A stretch of 64,000 nt of DNA, from positions 64,001 through 128,000 of the IMG/VR virus record IMGVR_UViG_3300046501_000132; one strand, written 5' to 3'. Of the stretch, positions 28,271-38,090 are shown piece by piece. Each line of letters begins with the position of its first letter. Within the stretch, counting starts at the first letter, position 1. The stretch comes from a virus. The position numbers and the translations under genes were made by a program. Under the pieces are notes generated by a model. The model made no database searches, was not told the DNA's origin, and worked only from the letters and a program-made list of their open reading frames with translations.

Positions 28271-28867
28271 ATGGAAGACGTGTTGGTTTTGGAAGATACT
28301 GAAGTAAATGCTCGTGAGCGTCTGCTGAGCCTGTTCGATTTGTCTGACGAAGTCAAGGAAAATATTCTGCGAGTGAATGACGAATATGGTCCTTTCGGTG
28401 ATTGGTATCTTCGCGGCGCGTCCTTCCGCGAGATCAATACGCTTGAAGAGTTCAAGCGTCAGTTCGAAGCCGGTGAGGTGGAAAATTTCGTGTACTTCCG
28501 CCCCGGCGATCTGGTCTTCAATTCTCTGCACTACGGCAACCACCAAACTTTCATGGGTGGACTGTATATTCTGTATCGCCTGAGCACCGGTTGGATTCCT
28601 ACCGAAGCCGATATGAAGTGCACTGATGGTGCGATGAAGTATATGGAGAACTGGGGTTTGTGTTCCAGCGGCGAGCAAGACTGGAATAACTACGGGAATC
28701 AGGATGACTACCTGAAATCGGCTCTGGGTATCTATCAATCTGGTTGTGGTCGGACGTTTTATCGTCACAAGAACTTCGAAATGAACGCTCGGGAATATAA
28801 CACGTTCCAGAGCCTGGCGAAAGTTGGCGGCACGCACAGCAATGGTTGGGATATTGCTACCCACTGA
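28271..28867 (+). CDS. hypothetical protein
   Basis: 198-aa ORF behind promoter. Confidence 0.75.
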   Translation: MEDVLVLEDTEVNARERLLSLFDLSDEVKENILRVNDEYGPFGDWYLRGASFREINTLEEFKRQFEAGEVENFVYFRPGDLVFNSLHYGNHQTFMGGLYILYRLSTGWIPTEADMKCTDGAMKYMENWGLCSSGEQDWNNYGNQDDYLKSALGIYQSGCGRTFYRHKNFEMNAREYNTFQSLAKVGGTHSNGWDIATH

Positions 28868-28881
28868 ATAAGAAGGAAAGA

Positions 28882-30732
28882 ATGAGCAGTACGGATTTGA
28901 GTAAATACGTCCTCCTGGACGAACTTGATATGATTCTGCTCCGCCCCGACACTTTCGTCGGGGCGTTGGAAAGCAAGACTATCAATTCATATATCTTCGA
29001 GGACAACGGCGCGGTGCCGGAGTATCGGGATATCACCTACAACCCAGCGCTTCTGAAGATTTTCGATGAGGTGCTTCAAAACTGTTACGATCATTCGAAG
29101 CGGCCTGAAGGTAAGGCGCTGACGCGGATTGACGTAACTGCAGACCCGATTACTGGGACAATCTCCGTAGCAGACAATGCAGGCATTCCGGTGGCAAAGC
29201 ACCCGGAGCTTGGTATTTATATTCCTTGTCTGATTTTCGGAATGTTGCGATCCAGTAGCAACTACAACGACGACGATCAACGCGAAGGCGGCGGGCGTAA
29301 TGGTCTTGGTTCTAAGCTGACGAATATCTTTTCTACCTATTTCAAGGTTGAGACGTGCGACGGTAAGAACAAGTATGAGAAGACCTACGAGAACAACCGT
29401 CGCACCGAGTCGGAACCGAAGGTCAGCCCTGGTAAGACGAAGGGCACTCGCATTACGTTTGTTCCCGATTATGATCGCCTGGGTTGCTCTCTGAACGAGG
29501 ACAATTATGGTATGATCGTGACTCGGGTTTACGAGATTGCGGCTTGCGCTCCTGGGATTGATGTATATCTGAACGGTAAGAAAGTTGACGTAAAGGGGTT
29601 CAAGCCTTTCGTCAATAAGTTCGGTGATGGTCTATACATCGAGAATAATCACTGGCGTATCGGTCTGCATCAAAGTGCTGTGGGATTCCGACACATTAGC
29701 TTCTGTAACGCGACGCATACCTGGCTCGGTGGAACTCACGTAGACTACCTAGCTGATCAACTGGTTGTCGGCGTCCGCGACTATATCAAGAAGAAGACGA
29801 AGCAGGACATAAAGCCTGCTGATATCAAGAATCATTTCTTCCTGATGGTGGACTGTACGGTCTATAATCCCAAGTTCTCGTCTCAGACGAAGGAACATAT
29901 GAACTTGGCAGTTAAGGACTACGGTACATCATTCCGGTTCGATGATGCGTTCTTTAAGAAGTTGGTGAAGTCTCCGATCATCCAAGAGATCATCGAGTGG
30001 GCCATCAACCGTAAGAAGTTGCAGGACATGGCCGATGAGCGTAGGCTCGGTAAGGCTGCGGCTAGGGCTTCGGTCAAGACCATCGAGAAGTATGAGCCTG
30101 CGTCGCAACGAACGAATCGTGAAGAGTGTATCCTGTTCATCTGCGAAGGGGACTCTGCCGCGAATCCGCTGATTAGCGCGCGTGATCCGAAGAAGCACGG
30201 CGTATTTGCTCTGAAGGGTAAGCCTCTGAATCTGGGGAATGCTAAGATTGAGCAGGTCAAGAAGAATGTCGAGATTCAGAATCTGATGGCTGCATTGGGT
30301 CTGGAGTTCGGCAAGCCAGCTGAGAATCTGCGTTATGGTAAGATCGTTCTGGCTACCGACGCGGATATGGATGGTATGCACATCCGGGCGCTGATCCTGA
30401 ACAACTTCTATCACAAGTGGCCGAATATGCTGAGCGAGGGTAAGGTATATTTCCTGAACTCGCCTATCGTTCGTGCAACTAAGGGGAAGGATAAATTTGA
30501 ATTCTTCAATGAAGAGGAATTCGAGGAATGGATTGCGAAGCCTGGTAACTCCAAGGCTTCGGTGAAGTACCTGAAGGGTCTGGGTGGTAACTCTACAGCG
30601 GACTTCAAGAAATTCATGTTTGACGAACAATTCATGGTCCCGCTTACGTGGGAAGATGACCGAGACATCGAATTGCTGAATCTGGCGTTCGGTAACGCGG
30701 ATGATAAAAAGGTGTGGTTGGATCTTGAATAA
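28882..30732 (+). CDS. type II topoisomerase large subunit (gp39+gp60 fused)
   Basis: RPDTFVG, KIFDEVLQN, GGRNGLGSKL, EGDSA, LKGK.LN, DADMDG, KGLG. Confidence 0.95.
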   Translation: MSSTDLSKYVLLDELDMILLRPDTFVGALESKTINSYIFEDNGAVPEYRDITYNPALLKIFDEVLQNCYDHSKRPEGKALTRIDVTADPITGTISVADNAGIPVAKHPELGIYIPCLIFGMLRSSSNYNDDDQREGGGRNGLGSKLTNIFSTYFKVETCDGKNKYEKTYENNRRTESEPKVSPGKTKGTRITFVPDYDRLGCSLNEDNYGMIVTRVYEIAACAPGIDVYLNGKKVDVKGFKPFVNKFGDGLYIENNHWRIGLHQSAVGFRHISFCNATHTWLGGTHVDYLADQLVVGVRDYIKKKTKQDIKPADIKNHFFLMVDCTVYNPKFSSQTKEHMNLAVKDYGTSFRFDDAFFKKLVKSPIIQEIIEWAINRKKLQDMADERRLGKAAARASVKTIEKYEPASQRTNREECILFICEGDSAANPLISARDPKKHGVFALKGKPLNLGNAKIEQVKKNVEIQNLMAALGLEFGKPAENLRYGKIVLATDADMDGMHIRALILNNFYHKWPNMLSEGKVYFLNSPIVRATKGKDKFEFFNEEEFEEWIAKPGNSKASVKYLKGLGGNSTADFKKFMFDEQFMVPLTWEDDRDIELLNLAFGNADDKKVWLDLE

Positions 30733-30946
30733 TCAACTCGCAGCAATTAGAGCCATTCGTAAGCAGATCATGGTCCTCAACGGAATGATCACTAAGATTC
30801 AAGACGAATGTAAGCACGAGAACGTTACCAAGGTCGCGGGTTCCGATACCGGAAACTGGGACAGGGGAACCGATTCATATTGGGATGACTGCAAGTGTGA
30901 AGATTGCGGTAAGACCTGGCGCGATTGGAAAGAGGTTAGCTGGTAA
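30725..30946 (+). CDS. small zinc-binding hypothetical protein
   Basis: C.H..C..C pattern, between topoisomerase subunits; start uncertain. Confidence 0.6.
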   Translation: MNNQLAAIRAIRKQIMVLNGMITKIQDECKHENVTKVAGSDTGNWDRGTDSYWDDCKCEDCGKTWRDWKEVSW

Positions 30947-32292
30947 TGAAGATCGGTGACTTTATCAATATGGGTTTCCGTGAGTATGCCAACTACGACA
31001 ACAAGCGTAGTATCCCGCATCTCATGGACGGTCTGAAGATCACTGAGCGTAAGGTGTTGTTTGCGTTTGTGGATAATATCGGCTATCAATCCATTGTGGT
31101 GGATAAGGCTGGTATGCGTGCTGCGGATTTGAGCTACTATCAGCACGGCGCAACTTCGATGATCGGGGTTCTGACCAATATGAACCAGGACTTCCCTGGC
31201 ACGAACAATATGCCATTGTTCGAGAAGGATGGTCAGTTCGGGACACGCCTAAATCATAAGGCTTCGTCGGAGCGTTATATTTCCACGAAGCTGGGTGATA
31301 CGTACAAGAAGCTGTTCGATCCGGCCGACAACGACATTCTGGTGGATTTATACTTCCGGGGCGATAAGATCGAACCGTTGTACTATCTGCCCAAACTTCC
31401 GATGCTTCTGATCAACGGGAGTCTCGGAACGGGCAACGGTTACGCATCACACGTCTTGCAATATGATCCTGTCGAAGTCCAACAGGCCGTCCAGGAAGTT
31501 CTGAAGACAGGTTTGGTTCAGACTAAGCTGACTCCGTTTATGAACAACTACTACGGAGCGATAAGCAAAAATCACGAAACGGGTCAGGTAACGTTCGAAG
31601 GCGAGATTGAGCGGAAAGGTGCTAATACGCTCATTATCACCGAGTTAACGCCAGATCGCCAGCTAGACGACTATAAAGAAATTCTCAACGCTCTAATGAG
31701 TGATAAGACTGGTCCTAATAAGGATGCGCCCCCACTCATTAAGGATTACGACAACGAGTCTACCGAAGAAGGCTGGCGATTCGTATTAGATGTCCCGCGT
31801 AGTACGATGCAGCTGGATGATGCGGAGTTGCGAGTTAAGCTGAAGCTGATCCAGCGGGAAACTGAAAATCTGACGGTGTGGTTGCCGAATGGTAAATTGA
31901 AGCGTTTCAAGACGGTAGAAGCGCTGATTGAGGAATGGGTAAGGCTACGGCTGGATTACTACGAGATTCGCCGCCTAGACCAGATTGAGCAGATCGCCGC
32001 TCAGTTGGAATGGCTGGTTGTAAAGATCAACTTCATCCGCTGGTGGAACCAACAGTCTCAGGCTCTGGTTAAGATGTCTAAAGATCGTTTGATCTCCGAG
32101 ATCAAGTTGGCTGTGACTCAGAATGATGAATATATCAGTCGTTTGCTCGCAATTCGGATTAGCAACCTTGGAATCGAGGAAGTCACCGAACTGGAGAAGG
32201 AAATTCAGACGATTGAAAAGCAAAAGACTGATCTGGAAAATACGACGAACAAGAAGATGATGTCGTCAGAAGTTAAAGCGCTGAAACTCTGA
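30946..32292 (+). CDS. type II topoisomerase medium subunit gp52
   Basis: RSIPHLMDGLK, YQHG, GQFGTR, SERY (catalytic Tyr), LPMLLING. Confidence 0.95.
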   Translation: MKIGDFINMGFREYANYDNKRSIPHLMDGLKITERKVLFAFVDNIGYQSIVVDKAGMRAADLSYYQHGATSMIGVLTNMNQDFPGTNNMPLFEKDGQFGTRLNHKASSERYISTKLGDTYKKLFDPADNDILVDLYFRGDKIEPLYYLPKLPMLLINGSLGTGNGYASHVLQYDPVEVQQAVQEVLKTGLVQTKLTPFMNNYYGAISKNHETGQVTFEGEIERKGANTLIITELTPDRQLDDYKEILNALMSDKTGPNKDAPPLIKDYDNESTEEGWRFVLDVPRSTMQLDDAELRVKLKLIQRETENLTVWLPNGKLKRFKTVEALIEEWVRLRLDYYEIRRLDQIEQIAAQLEWLVVKINFIRWWNQQSQALVKMSKDRLISEIKLAVTQNDEYISRLLAIRISNLGIEEVTELEKEIQTIEKQKTDLENTTNKKMMSSEVKALKL

Positions 32293-32299
32293 CTCTCAT

Positions 32300-32328
32300 T
32301 TTACCTAACGCATAGTAGGCGATATAAT
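32300..32328 (+). promoter_or_regulatory. sigma70-type promoter
   Basis: TTTACC-17nt-TATAAT. Confidence 0.75.
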
Positions 32329-32354
32329 ATCCCTACTATGTAAAGGAAACGAAG

Positions 32355-32564
32355 ATGCCTCATTTCGCAGTTGAATTCCCGTCGAAGCCCAACACTAAGT
32401 TGGTTTCTGTATCGCAGAACGAGGAAGGCGATCTTGTGATTCGCCGGTATCAAGGTAGTAAGAATATGGGGGAAGCAGTTGTTGCACTTGGCTCTGACCC
32501 CGAAGTAGACCTGGATGGTAATGCTGTCCGGGAGTTGATTGAGAATTATCGAACCCTTCAATAA
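32355..32564 (+). CDS. hypothetical protein
   Basis: 69-aa ORF with AAGGA RBS. Confidence 0.65.
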   Translation: MPHFAVEFPSKPNTKLVSVSQNEEGDLVIRRYQGSKNMGEAVVALGSDPEVDLDGNAVRELIENYRTLQ

Positions 32565-32570
32565 GGAAAC

Positions 32571-33257
32571 ATGAGCAGCAAGGTAGTAAAACTGTCGCAG
32601 GATACCCTGCAAGTGCTGAAGATTGCACATACCATTAATAAGTCCCTAGTCTTTAAGGCGGGCAACGAAATCAAGACCGTATCGGCTACCGGCGCAATCG
32701 TTATGGAAGCGACTGTTGCTGAAACTTTCCCGGCTGATTTTGCGATTTACGAGTTGAATAAGCTGCTTGGTGTTCTAGCCCTGCCAGCGTTCAAGGATGC
32801 GGAACTGGTCTTCGAAGATGGCGTTGATACGCATATGACGATCAAGGCCGGTGACTCCAAGATCAAATACTTCTACACCTCCGAAGACTTTGCTCAGCAC
32901 CCCGGCCGCACCATCGTGCTCCCGAAGGTGGATGTGGAAGCGAATGTGAACCGCGATACGCTGGAAGGCTTCGAAAAGGCCGCTGCGGCTCTTGGTCACA
33001 AGGTGATGAAGTTCCAGGTGAAGGACAAGGTTCTATCTCTGATCGCTACGACTCCGGAAATCGACACCTCCAACGATTATGTCGTTGAACTGGGTGAATC
33101 GGATAGCGACGATTACGAGGCGCTGATCAAGCTGGAAAACCTGAAGTTGGTTCCAGGCGATTTCAAGGTCACGCTTCTGAAGATGAACGGTCGCGGTATC
33201 TCCCGTTGGGAACACCAGCAACGCAAGATTAATACTTTCATTGGGCTGGAACTGTAA
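32571..33257 (+). CDS. sliding clamp gp45
   Basis: KLSQDTLQVLK..IN, FAIYELNKLLGVL, ENLKLVPGDF; 228 aa, precedes clamp loader. Confidence 0.92.
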   Translation: MSSKVVKLSQDTLQVLKIAHTINKSLVFKAGNEIKTVSATGAIVMEATVAETFPADFAIYELNKLLGVLALPAFKDAELVFEDGVDTHMTIKAGDSKIKYFYTSEDFAQHPGRTIVLPKVDVEANVNRDTLEGFEKAAAALGHKVMKFQVKDKVLSLIATTPEIDTSNDYVVELGESDSDDYEALIKLENLKLVPGDFKVTLLKMNGRGISRWEHQQRKINTFIGLEL

Positions 33258-33291
33258 GTAACTCCGGGGCTTCGCGGCCCCGCTCTATATC

Positions 33292-33465
33292 ATGAACCTG
33301 AAGTACGCAGTTTTGAACGTTACCCGTAACACTTTTGTTCCGCTGGACAACATCGACTACTTGCATACTTCAGACTTCGAAACCGCCAACGCGGTTTTCG
33401 AGGATTTGGTAGTAAGACGCAAGTCCGAAGAATTCCGCTTGGTTAAGGTAGAAACCCTGCATTAA
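33292..33465 (+). CDS. hypothetical protein (57 aa, not in ORF track)
   Basis: MNLKYAVLNV...VKVETLH fills the gp45-gp44 gap. Confidence 0.5.
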   Translation: MNLKYAVLNVTRNTFVPLDNIDYLHTSDFETANAVFEDLVVRRKSEEFRLVKVETLH

Positions 33466-33480
33466 CCGGAACCCTATATA

Positions 33481-34437
33481 ATGAGTCAAGCATACATCTG
33501 GGCTGAAGTCTTCCGCCCCTCCAATCTGGATGAAGTCATCATCCCGGATTCGGTCAAAACTCAATTCCTAAAATTCATTGAAGATGGCCAACTGCCGAAT
33601 CTTCTTCTGACGTCTGCGTCTCCTGGTACGGGTAAGACGACTACTGCCCGTGCCCTGTGTAACGCAATCGGCGTCAAGCCCCTGTTTATCAACGCCTCAC
33701 TCAATAATAGTATTGACGACATCCGGATGATCGTGATGCAATACGCAACGACTTCTGCGGTGTCGATGTTCGGTGATGAGAAGGCAAACCACAAGGTTGT
33801 GATTTTCGATGAGGCTGACCGCCTCTCCGCTAACGCGATGGATGCGCTGAAGGGGATTATCGAAGAAACGCACAAGAACTGCCGCTTCATTCTGACGGCG
33901 AACAACAAGAACAAAATCATTGCACCGCTGCAGTCGCGGTTGACTAATATCGAGTTCCGGTTCACCAAGTCTGATTCGGATAAGATGATGGCGAAGATGC
34001 TGAAGCGCGTCTTTGACATTCTGGAACAGACGCAGACGAAATATAATAAGGCCGCCGTGGCCGGTATCGTCAAGACGTTCTTCCCGGACAACCGTGGTCT
34101 TCTGACGTTCCTTCAGATGGAAGCCCAACTGGGTGAGATCAACGAGGGTTCGCTGGCTAAGGCGGCATCCGCCAGCCCGGAGACTCTGATTGAGTCGATG
34201 AAGGCTAAGAAGTACAAGGAAGTCCAAGCTTGGGTGCTTGGTAACGCCGACCGTCTGGGTGAAGACTTCTATGAGAAGTTGTTCAAGGTTCTTGAACCGC
34301 AGATCACCGATCAATCTCTACCTCAGTTGGTTCTGATTCTCGGAGAAGCCCAGAAGTATGATAGCGTGGTTGCAAGTCGCTTTCTGCACTTCTTCGCGGT
34401 GGCGACTGAGGTGATGATGCAGGTGCAGTTCAAATGA
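33481..34437 (+). CDS. clamp loader ATPase subunit gp44
   Basis: W.E.FRP, SPGTGKTT, FDEAD, CRFILTAN, PLQSR. Confidence 0.95.
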   Translation: MSQAYIWAEVFRPSNLDEVIIPDSVKTQFLKFIEDGQLPNLLLTSASPGTGKTTTARALCNAIGVKPLFINASLNNSIDDIRMIVMQYATTSAVSMFGDEKANHKVVIFDEADRLSANAMDALKGIIEETHKNCRFILTANNKNKIIAPLQSRLTNIEFRFTKSDSDKMMAKMLKRVFDILEQTQTKYNKAAVAGIVKTFFPDNRGLLTFLQMEAQLGEINEGSLAKAASASPETLIESMKAKKYKEVQAWVLGNADRLGEDFYEKLFKVLEPQITDQSLPQLVLILGEAQKYDSVVASRFLHFFAVATEVMMQVQFK

Positions 34438-34453
34438 TCTGGGATATTCTGAA

Positions 34454-34879
34454 GTGGTATTGGAGGAAATAATGCCGGGATTATTTGAGTGGTTGGACGG
34501 TATTAATACCAAGACAAATCTAGAGCTTGATGAAGACGATCCTTACAAGGATTATGTTCCTTTCCAGATTAACAATGGTATGGCGCAATTCCTGGATACG
34601 GTTCTACTAGCGAACGAAATGAATAAGCGTCCTTGGTTGACTAAGGAAATGCAGTTCAAGTTCTATCATGGAGCCGTGACCAAGAAGAAACGAATGGGGA
34701 AGTGGGCGAAGGTTGAGGAGGTAAACAAGGATGACGTTGAAGTTGTTGCTACCCACTACGGAATCAATCATCAGACAGCCTCTGTATACCTGAAATTGAT
34801 GAAGCCTGAGGAATTCACCGCGCTGAAGAAAGCCGGTGATACCGGAGGGGCGGAAGCGAAGCGAGGAAGGAAGAAATAA
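34454..34879 (+). CDS. clamp loader small subunit gp62
   Basis: LFEWLDGIN, YVPFQIN, DTVLLANEMN, KKRMGKWAK. Confidence 0.9.
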   Translation: MVLEEIMPGLFEWLDGINTKTNLELDEDDPYKDYVPFQINNGMAQFLDTVLLANEMNKRPWLTKEMQFKFYHGAVTKKKRMGKWAKVEEVNKDDVEVVATHYGINHQTASVYLKLMKPEEFTALKKAGDTGGAEAKRGRKK

Positions 34880-34900
34880 TGGGTATGAGCAGGAAGTAAG

Positions 34901-35353
34901 ATGTCGGCAGTAGCAATAGTAGGCTCGAATGCAAAAGGGGATCAAGTGATCCCCTTTTTGGTTGAGGTAGAGTTAGTAAGTGCTAACTTCTTAGCGGTGA
35001 AGGAATCGCTTGAGAGGATTGGCCTGCCTGGGAAGCCGAATGATATTGACGGATTCCCGACTCTACATCAAACCTGTCATATTCTATACAAGCGAGGTCG
35101 ATACTATATCTGCCACTATAAGCATCTATTCGCCCTAGATGGAAAGGATACGACGCTGAGTAGGGCGGATATTGCTAGACAGAATACAATCATTGCCCTA
35201 CTAGAAGAATGGGGATTGATTCGTGTGGTAAGTCCGATGATGATTCAGAAACCGACTTGTTCATTGAGGACTTTGAAGGTAGTTAAACACAAGGAAAGGC
35301 ATGAATGGAAATTTGTTAGCCGATATGATCTTGGATCCCAGCGAAACGTATAA
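34901..35353 (+). CDS. regA: translational repressor RegA
   Basis: FLAVKESLERIG, L.QTCHIL.KRGRYYI.H.K.LFALDG, LLEEWGLI; follows gp62. Confidence 0.9.
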   Translation: MSAVAIVGSNAKGDQVIPFLVEVELVSANFLAVKESLERIGLPGKPNDIDGFPTLHQTCHILYKRGRYYICHYKHLFALDGKDTTLSRADIARQNTIIALLEEWGLIRVVSPMMIQKPTCSLRTLKVVKHKERHEWKFVSRYDLGSQRNV

Positions 35354-35657
35354 CAAGATCAAGAGGTATGATGGAGATTTGTCGGATGGCGAAATTCGAG
35401 CGGAAGGTTATAAGTGGTCTGTTTGTCCAAATACGTTTGAATTCGACCAAGGCGACTTTGTGGACTTCTGTCGTGCACTAATTATGAAGCACGAACAGAA
35501 GCGCGGTGAGGTTGTAATCACTTCGACTCGCAGTGGTGAGCCGCTGGTTGTGACTCGCCAGAATGAGGAAGGGCAGATTGTGAAGGTTATTTGGGAGAAG
35601 AACCACCCGCAACCTTCACTGTTGGATAGAGTAAGGAGCAACTATGACTACGAGTAA
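35301..35657 (+). CDS. hypothetical protein
   Basis: ORF in tightly packed operon; start uncertain. Confidence 0.65.
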   Translation: MNGNLLADMILDPSETYNKIKRYDGDLSDGEIRAEGYKWSVCPNTFEFDQGDFVDFCRALIMKHEQKRGEVVITSTRSGEPLVVTRQNEEGQIVKVIWEKNHPQPSLLDRVRSNYDYE

Positions 35658-35961
35658 TAAGCTAACCGCCGCTCAAGAAGAACGGCTGACGTTGCTGATT
35701 GAGGAATGTTCTGAAGTGATTAAATGCGCAACGAAGGTGCTGCGCTTTGGTTATGATTCGATCAATCCTTATGCGCCACAGGATGGGACAAATCTGAATC
35801 AGCTACAGCTTGAACTGGGCGATCTATTCGCTATCAAGCGTCTGATGGCCAATAATGAAGATATTGATGTAAAGGCAATTGCTGGACGAGCAGTTTCCAA
35901 ATATAATAAACTACATACGTATCTACGTCAACAACACAACTTTGAAGGAAGCGATAAGTAA
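35644..35961 (+). CDS. MazG-like NTP pyrophosphohydrolase
   Basis: EECSEV..ELGDL. Confidence 0.7.
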   Translation: MTTSNKLTAAQEERLTLLIEECSEVIKCATKVLRFGYDSINPYAPQDGTNLNQLQLELGDLFAIKRLMANNEDIDVKAIAGRAVSKYNKLHTYLRQQHNFEGSDK

Positions 35962-36512
35962 TGATCAGTATGTTTCAAGCAGTAAGCGATTTGAATGTAG
36001 CCTATGGTAATTCTAAGGGCGATCCGACTAATCCGGATTGGGCGCGACTGGAGAGTCAAGCCAAGAATATTCTGGACGAATACAACGAACTGATGGATGA
36101 TGGTATCTCGGTCAAGAATATCACTGAGGTCCGTGATGCCATCTGCGACATTCTCGTATTCACTCTTGGTCTAGCGCATATGGCTGGTCTTCCGGTTGAA
36201 GAAGATATGGAAGCGGTGGATGCTTCGAATCGTACCAAGTTCTGCCGGAATAATGATGAGCTGGGTCAGACCGCTGCGAAGTATCGTGATCTGGGAGTTG
36301 AGGTCTACGTAGAAGGTTCGTTCCCTTCGATGCGGGTCAAATCTCTGAAAGATCAAGTTGGTTTAGATGGTAAGAACTATCCCGCTAACAAGATGCTGAA
36401 GTCTGTGGCATTTGTTGAGCCGATGCTCAAGCCTCTGGTTTCGTCGTTTGATCTCAACAAAGTCCTGGATGAAGTAGAAGCCGGGGCTGAGTTGCATCCT
36501 CTGGTGGTATGA
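35961..36512 (+). CDS. MazG-like/PRA-PH nucleotide pyrophosphohydrolase
   Basis: DEYNEL..DAICDILV, V.ASN.TK. Confidence 0.75.
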   Translation: MISMFQAVSDLNVAYGNSKGDPTNPDWARLESQAKNILDEYNELMDDGISVKNITEVRDAICDILVFTLGLAHMAGLPVEEDMEAVDASNRTKFCRNNDELGQTAAKYRDLGVEVYVEGSFPSMRVKSLKDQVGLDGKNYPANKMLKSVAFVEPMLKPLVSSFDLNKVLDEVEAGAELHPLVV

Positions 36513-36625
36513 CGCGAATCGACCTTGATAAGAACAACCGAATGCTCCGCATCGGCTTCGGTAAGAATGAAGGTCGATGGTTCTTTCGCGTTGACCTTTG
36601 GTTCGTAGGTTTCCGACTGAGTTGA
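36509..36625 (+). CDS. hypothetical peptide (38 aa, not in ORF track)
   Basis: MTRIDLDKNNRMLRIGFGKNEGRWFFRVDLWFVGFRLS; overlaps flanking stop and start codons. Confidence 0.6.
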   Translation: MTRIDLDKNNRMLRIGFGKNEGRWFFRVDLWFVGFRLS

Positions 36626-36894
36626 TGGCACCAGATAAAGGACTATCATCAAGTTTCCGTAGGAACGTTCCAGAAGACCGGAACAAGTCCTACGGCTGGA
36701 AGACTCCAGCAGAGCAGTGGCCTGGATTAGATTTCTCCTGGTATCGTCAGCAACAGGTGGGGGTGCCGCTGTTCTGGATGCCTGTGATGACAATTATTCC
36801 GACTTCAGTGGCCAGCGAGTTTATAGGCGTTCAACCTTTGGCGGAACCAATGGGTTTAATATTCTCAATGAGGATGAATTATGAAGACAAGTAA
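36625..36894 (+). CDS. small protein carrying a gp23 major-capsid (Gol-region) segment
   Basis: IPTSVASEFIGVQPLAEPMGLIFSMRMNY matches the gp23 pattern IP..[IV]A.[DE]..GVQP[ML]..P.G..F..R..Y. Confidence 0.65.
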   Translation: MAPDKGLSSSFRRNVPEDRNKSYGWKTPAEQWPGLDFSWYRQQQVGVPLFWMPVMTIIPTSVASEFIGVQPLAEPMGLIFSMRMNYEDK

Positions 36895-37405
36895 GCAGTG
36901 GTGGCAAGAAACGAAGACTGATTCAGCAAAGTTGAATGCTTGGCTCCTGAAGCAATATACCGGTGAAGTGACAGCAGCGCAGCGTATCCTGGATTTGCGG
37001 GATAAATTCAAAGCGATAGGTAGTGATCACAAGATTCTGACCTTTATTGCAAACCAGGAACAGAAACACGCCATGTGGATTCTGGAACTGCTTCAGAATC
37101 GCGGTATTGAACCTGAGATCGGTGATCCTAATAAGAGATACTGGAAGGAAACTCTACAAGGCATCGAAGACCTGGAAACTGGTGCTGCGGTTGGCGCTCA
37201 CGCCGAAGCGATGCGGTTGGATCGGATTCGTGAGATTGCTTATGATGTAACAGCCCCTCATGATATTGTGACCAAGTTCAGCAAAATCCTAATTGATGAG
37301 ATTGGGCACGAGAAGATGTTTCGCAAGCTATCGTCGCCAGAAGCCTTGGAGGCGACGCGAGCGAATCATGAATCAGGAGCCGCTGCTTTGGGTCTGGTAT
37401 CCTAA
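36881..37405 (+). CDS. ferritin-like di-iron protein
   Basis: E..., EQKH, E..., DEIGH four-helix ligand pattern. Confidence 0.75.
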   Translation: MKTSKQWWQETKTDSAKLNAWLLKQYTGEVTAAQRILDLRDKFKAIGSDHKILTFIANQEQKHAMWILELLQNRGIEPEIGDPNKRYWKETLQGIEDLETGAAVGAHAEAMRLDRIREIAYDVTAPHDIVTKFSKILIDEIGHEKMFRKLSSPEALEATRANHESGAAALGLVS

Positions 37406-37439
37406 ATAGTCCTATTAGACACTTATATAATAGGGCACC

Positions 37440-37892
37440 ATGAAACTCCCAGTACATCACTTTATTGATATTCAGAAGTATCAGAAAAACAACTTGATCC
37501 TTGCTCCCACCGGGCACTTGGGAGTTTCTCGGTCGGAAATGCCGCAGATTGATGGGAAGTATCGGGAGGATTTCATCAATTGGATTCGGAGTCAAGGGAT
37601 CAAAGTCCGTGATGTTCGAATTCCCGCCAAGTCGGTTAAGCTAGTGCAGGGCGAGTACAACCGGGATAAGGTCGGCGCAATTATCGACTCCGGGAATACG
37701 GAAGGATCACCGATCTTTGTTAGCAAGGACGGCTACGTGATTGATGGAAATCATCGGCTAATTGCTCATCTTAACCTACCCGGCGCGAGTCGGTATATTA
37801 GGGTGACGGAGCTAGGGCAGGACGCCAAGACGCTGCTGGATACGATTGCTGAATATCCTAATGTAAGGTATCGAAACTTAAACAATATCTGA
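37440..37892 (+). CDS. ParB/Srx-like domain protein
   Basis: PIFVS.DGYVIDGNHR; late-type CTAAATA at 37402-37408. Confidence 0.75.
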   Translation: MKLPVHHFIDIQKYQKNNLILAPTGHLGVSRSEMPQIDGKYREDFINWIRSQGIKVRDVRIPAKSVKLVQGEYNRDKVGAIIDSGNTEGSPIFVSKDGYVIDGNHRLIAHLNLPGASRYIRVTELGQDAKTLLDTIAEYPNVRYRNLNNI

Positions 37893-37938
37893 TCATAAAA
37901 TATTCATAAGAAATTTCTTAGAAATTTCTAATAAACGC

Positions 37939-37967
37939 TTTACTTTCCTGAAACCTATATATATACT
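37939..37967 (+). promoter_or_regulatory. sigma70-type promoter with AT-rich upstream element
   Basis: TTTACT-17nt-TATACT. Confidence 0.7.
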
Positions 37968-38090
37968 TCGTTCATAGGCGTTACGAAAGATAACGCTGAA
38001 GAGTACACGGGGAGTTGTTGATACGGGGAGTTCTCTGGCCGCAGCAAGGCCATTCTTGTAAACATAAGAAAACTGACAGAGGAAAGCACC

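Noticed and set aside
28882-30732. Possible T4 gene 60-type ribosomal bypass or split topoisomerase
   Set aside because: ATPase and TOPRIM motifs lie in one uninterrupted frame
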